A stretch of 64,000 nt of DNA from Callorhinchus milii. Taxonomy: Eukaryota. Shown piece after piece: positions 61,681 through 64,000 of this stretch (positions are counted from its first letter, which is position 1; every line of letters begins with the position of its first letter). A model generated the notes under the pieces. That model was not told the DNA's origin. It worked only from the letters and a program-made list of their open reading frames with translations, and did not search any database. The position numbers and the translations under genes are program-made. Where the stretch lies: the NCBI RefSeq assembly GCF_018977255.1, contig NW_024704743.1, forward strand, positions 66,280,001-66,344,000, written 5' to 3'.

Positions 61681-63146
61681 CATTGTTGTTGTTGTTGTTG
61701 CTGGGTTTTTTTAAAAAAAACCTTGCTTCATAACAAGCCATGCACTACAACTGGTTAAACTTCAGCAATACTGCAACACACTCTGGTTTTGATATTCTTA
61801 AGGAAGGTGATAGGTTTTCACATATGTTGAACACCCAATTGACCCAAAAAAATCTTCTAGTTAATATTCAGCTCACCTCAAGAGCTTCGTCACCCACAGA
61901 TCATGTCATTCTCTTGTCTGGCATATAGACAATTGTTTAGCAAAGTGTAATTCTTAAATAAAGTCAACTGATATCTTCCACTAGTTGTGAAATTTCTTCA
62001 AAAATTCCAATAGACTTTTCATGGAAAATCTTCCTCCTAAAAATAGCATGCTGCAACCTTATACAACACAATACAATTTACATTGATATAAAATGTTTCA
62101 TGTCAGGAGGACATCTCAAAACGTTTGCTATCTTGATAAAACTTGTGAAATCGGTGGTGCCAGATTATAGATATTCATGAGTGAAGGGCTGAGATCCCGA
62201 AGTTGAAACTGTAGTTTATTTGTGAAGGATTGTAGTATTCCTGACCATATAATGTTGCTTAATTAAGGAATGCTTTATGGACTGGATAAAAATGGTCCTT
62301 AATGACAGGTTTGGGACTGAGCACCCAGTCCCCCCAACTTCTAGAGAATGATTTCTCCTGCAGGCTATTCACATTCCAAACATCAGCCAAGTTTGATTTT
62401 AATTTGTGAGGGTTTAATACTCTGCAACTGAAATAGCTTCTTAACTTAGAATTTTAACTTGAAGATAATTTTTAAGATGGTATCTGGCAAAGACTTTCAA
62501 AATCACTGGTACCAGATTGAATGCCTTCATGAGTGGAGGGCTGAGAACCTGCAACTCAAATTGTAGTTCTGATAGAATGCCTAATAACAACCTTTCTAAA
62601 AAGCCTACTGAATTAAATACCATCTTAAACCCACAAATACCTCTTTTAAACCTCAAATTGAATAATTTCAATAGTGAGGGTACTCATGCCAAGCCATTGC
62701 AAAAACATTCCATTAATGTTTTATGGAATCATATCTAATGGTATACACCATGGATACCCCTATTGCAAGTACTCATGAGATAACACGTGTAATTGTTGCA
62801 CTTGTTTGAACTCGCACAGAAGGAAGTTTATACTGCCGGCTTGGGTCGCATGTTCTTAAAGCCTTTGCTATGATAATGCTAAGATCAGCCGAAAGCCATC
62901 AGAGAATCTCCATACAAATTTTGCCATTATCCTGATACACACAACAACAACAACAAAATTACATTTATAGAGCACCTTTCACGTCGGGAGGACGTCCCAA
63001 AGTGCTGCCAGTAACAGCACAGAACAAGAAAAGAACTTTAGGCCCATCAAGCCTACTCTCTACAGAGATCACCTACTCACCCCATCTTCTGGGGAACATT
63101 TGGATATGTCTAAGTCTAAAAATAACCATGTAAGGAAAACATAATT

Positions 63147-63188
63147 ATTTTTCTACTGATATTTTTCTACTGATATTTTTCTACTGAT
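63147..63188. repeat. 14-bp tandem repeat x3
   Basis: (ATTTTTCTACTGAT)3. Confidence 0.92.
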
Positions 63189-63224
63189 TCCACAGTAGTG
63201 CTTTCTTAGCTCAGGTGCTGACCA

Positions 63225-63850
63225 TATCAACCTGCTCACGCAATCTAACAGAGCAAGTGCGAAATCTCTTTGTCTTGTTTGACCCCCAACTGTCTTTCAA
63301 GCTCTTTATTCAGGCTTTCACTTGCCCAGTTTTCCTCTCACCTCTACAACATTGCCCAGCTCTGTCACTACAACTCTCCCTGGTCAGCCTAAACCCTCAG
63401 TCATCCCTTCACCAAGTCTAGGTTTCATGTTCGTCACCTCAAGACTTGACTACGGAAACTCCCTCCTTATCAACTTCCCCAACTCTTCCCTCCACAAGCT
63501 GCAGATTATCCAGAACTCTGCAGCTCGTGTCCACTCCCACACAATGTTCCGTGACCCCATCAGCGCCTCCCTCGCCCGGCTCCACTGGCTCCCCATCCCT
63601 CAGAGGGTAGAATTCAAAATCCTCATCCTCACTTTCAAGGCCCTCCATGGCCTTGCCCTCTCCTACATCTCTGACCTGCTGACCCCCTATAAACTTGTCT
63701 GCTCCCTCCGCTCAGTAGGGTCCGGCCTGCTCCATGTCTCCTGCCCGACCTGCCCTACCATCGGCGGCCAGGCTTTCAGCCCCACTGACCACACTCTTTG
63801 GAGCTCCATCCCACAATCCCTTCACCTTGCTCCCTCAACTATCGCTGTGA
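63225..63850 (+). mobile_element. L2 3' fragment
   Basis: [13 protein letters not shown]...LHWLPIPQRVEFKILILTFKALHGLA. Confidence 0.87.
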
Positions 63851-64000
63851 AGTCTTGCAATCCTACTGACCTAGCCATTCTTTTCACTCAACAAAAACGG
63901 CCCGCTTTACATGACCGTCCTGATCCGCCCCACAATTGTTGAATGTGCTTTCAGCTAATCATCCTCAGACTCTGGAATTCCATCCCAGAGGCTCTTTGAC

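Noticed and set aside
54835..64000. Search for IGFBP1 exon 1
   Set aside because: No Cys-rich GCGCC-encoding segment seen on the minus strand; it probably lies beyond the window.

Overview
Vertebrate genomic DNA. The repeat families (L2, CR1, tRNA-headed Deu-type SINEs) suggest a cartilaginous fish, possibly a chimaera; this is inference. The window holds the conserved tail-to-tail IGFBP3/IGFBP1 pair. IGFBP3 is complete on + (4 coding exons, 36758-42021, 264 aa, all GT-AG and phase-consistent), preceded by a CpG-rich region and an E-box/CCAAT/GC-box/TATA cluster at ~35.8-35.9 kb. IGFBP1 exons 2-4 are on - (54834-47361); exon 1 was not found and probably lies beyond the right edge. The rest is mostly decayed L2 and CR1 LINEs, SINEs sharing the L2 3' end, one hAT MITE with a perfect 8-bp TSD, and microsatellites. 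Almost all other listed ORFs are LINE debris or low-complexity artefacts. I cannot demonstrate a new biological system here. The best leads are unexplained inverted-repeat or hairpin elements (29.2-29.5 kb, 44.0 kb, 47.9-48.1 kb), a triplicated unit in a long IGFBP3 leader, a locally clustered unclassified repeat, GC-shifted SINE copies in the CpG-rich region, a visible LINE/SINE partnership, and ancestral-looking features of IGFBP1. Repeat boundaries are approximate; exon boundaries were read base by base.
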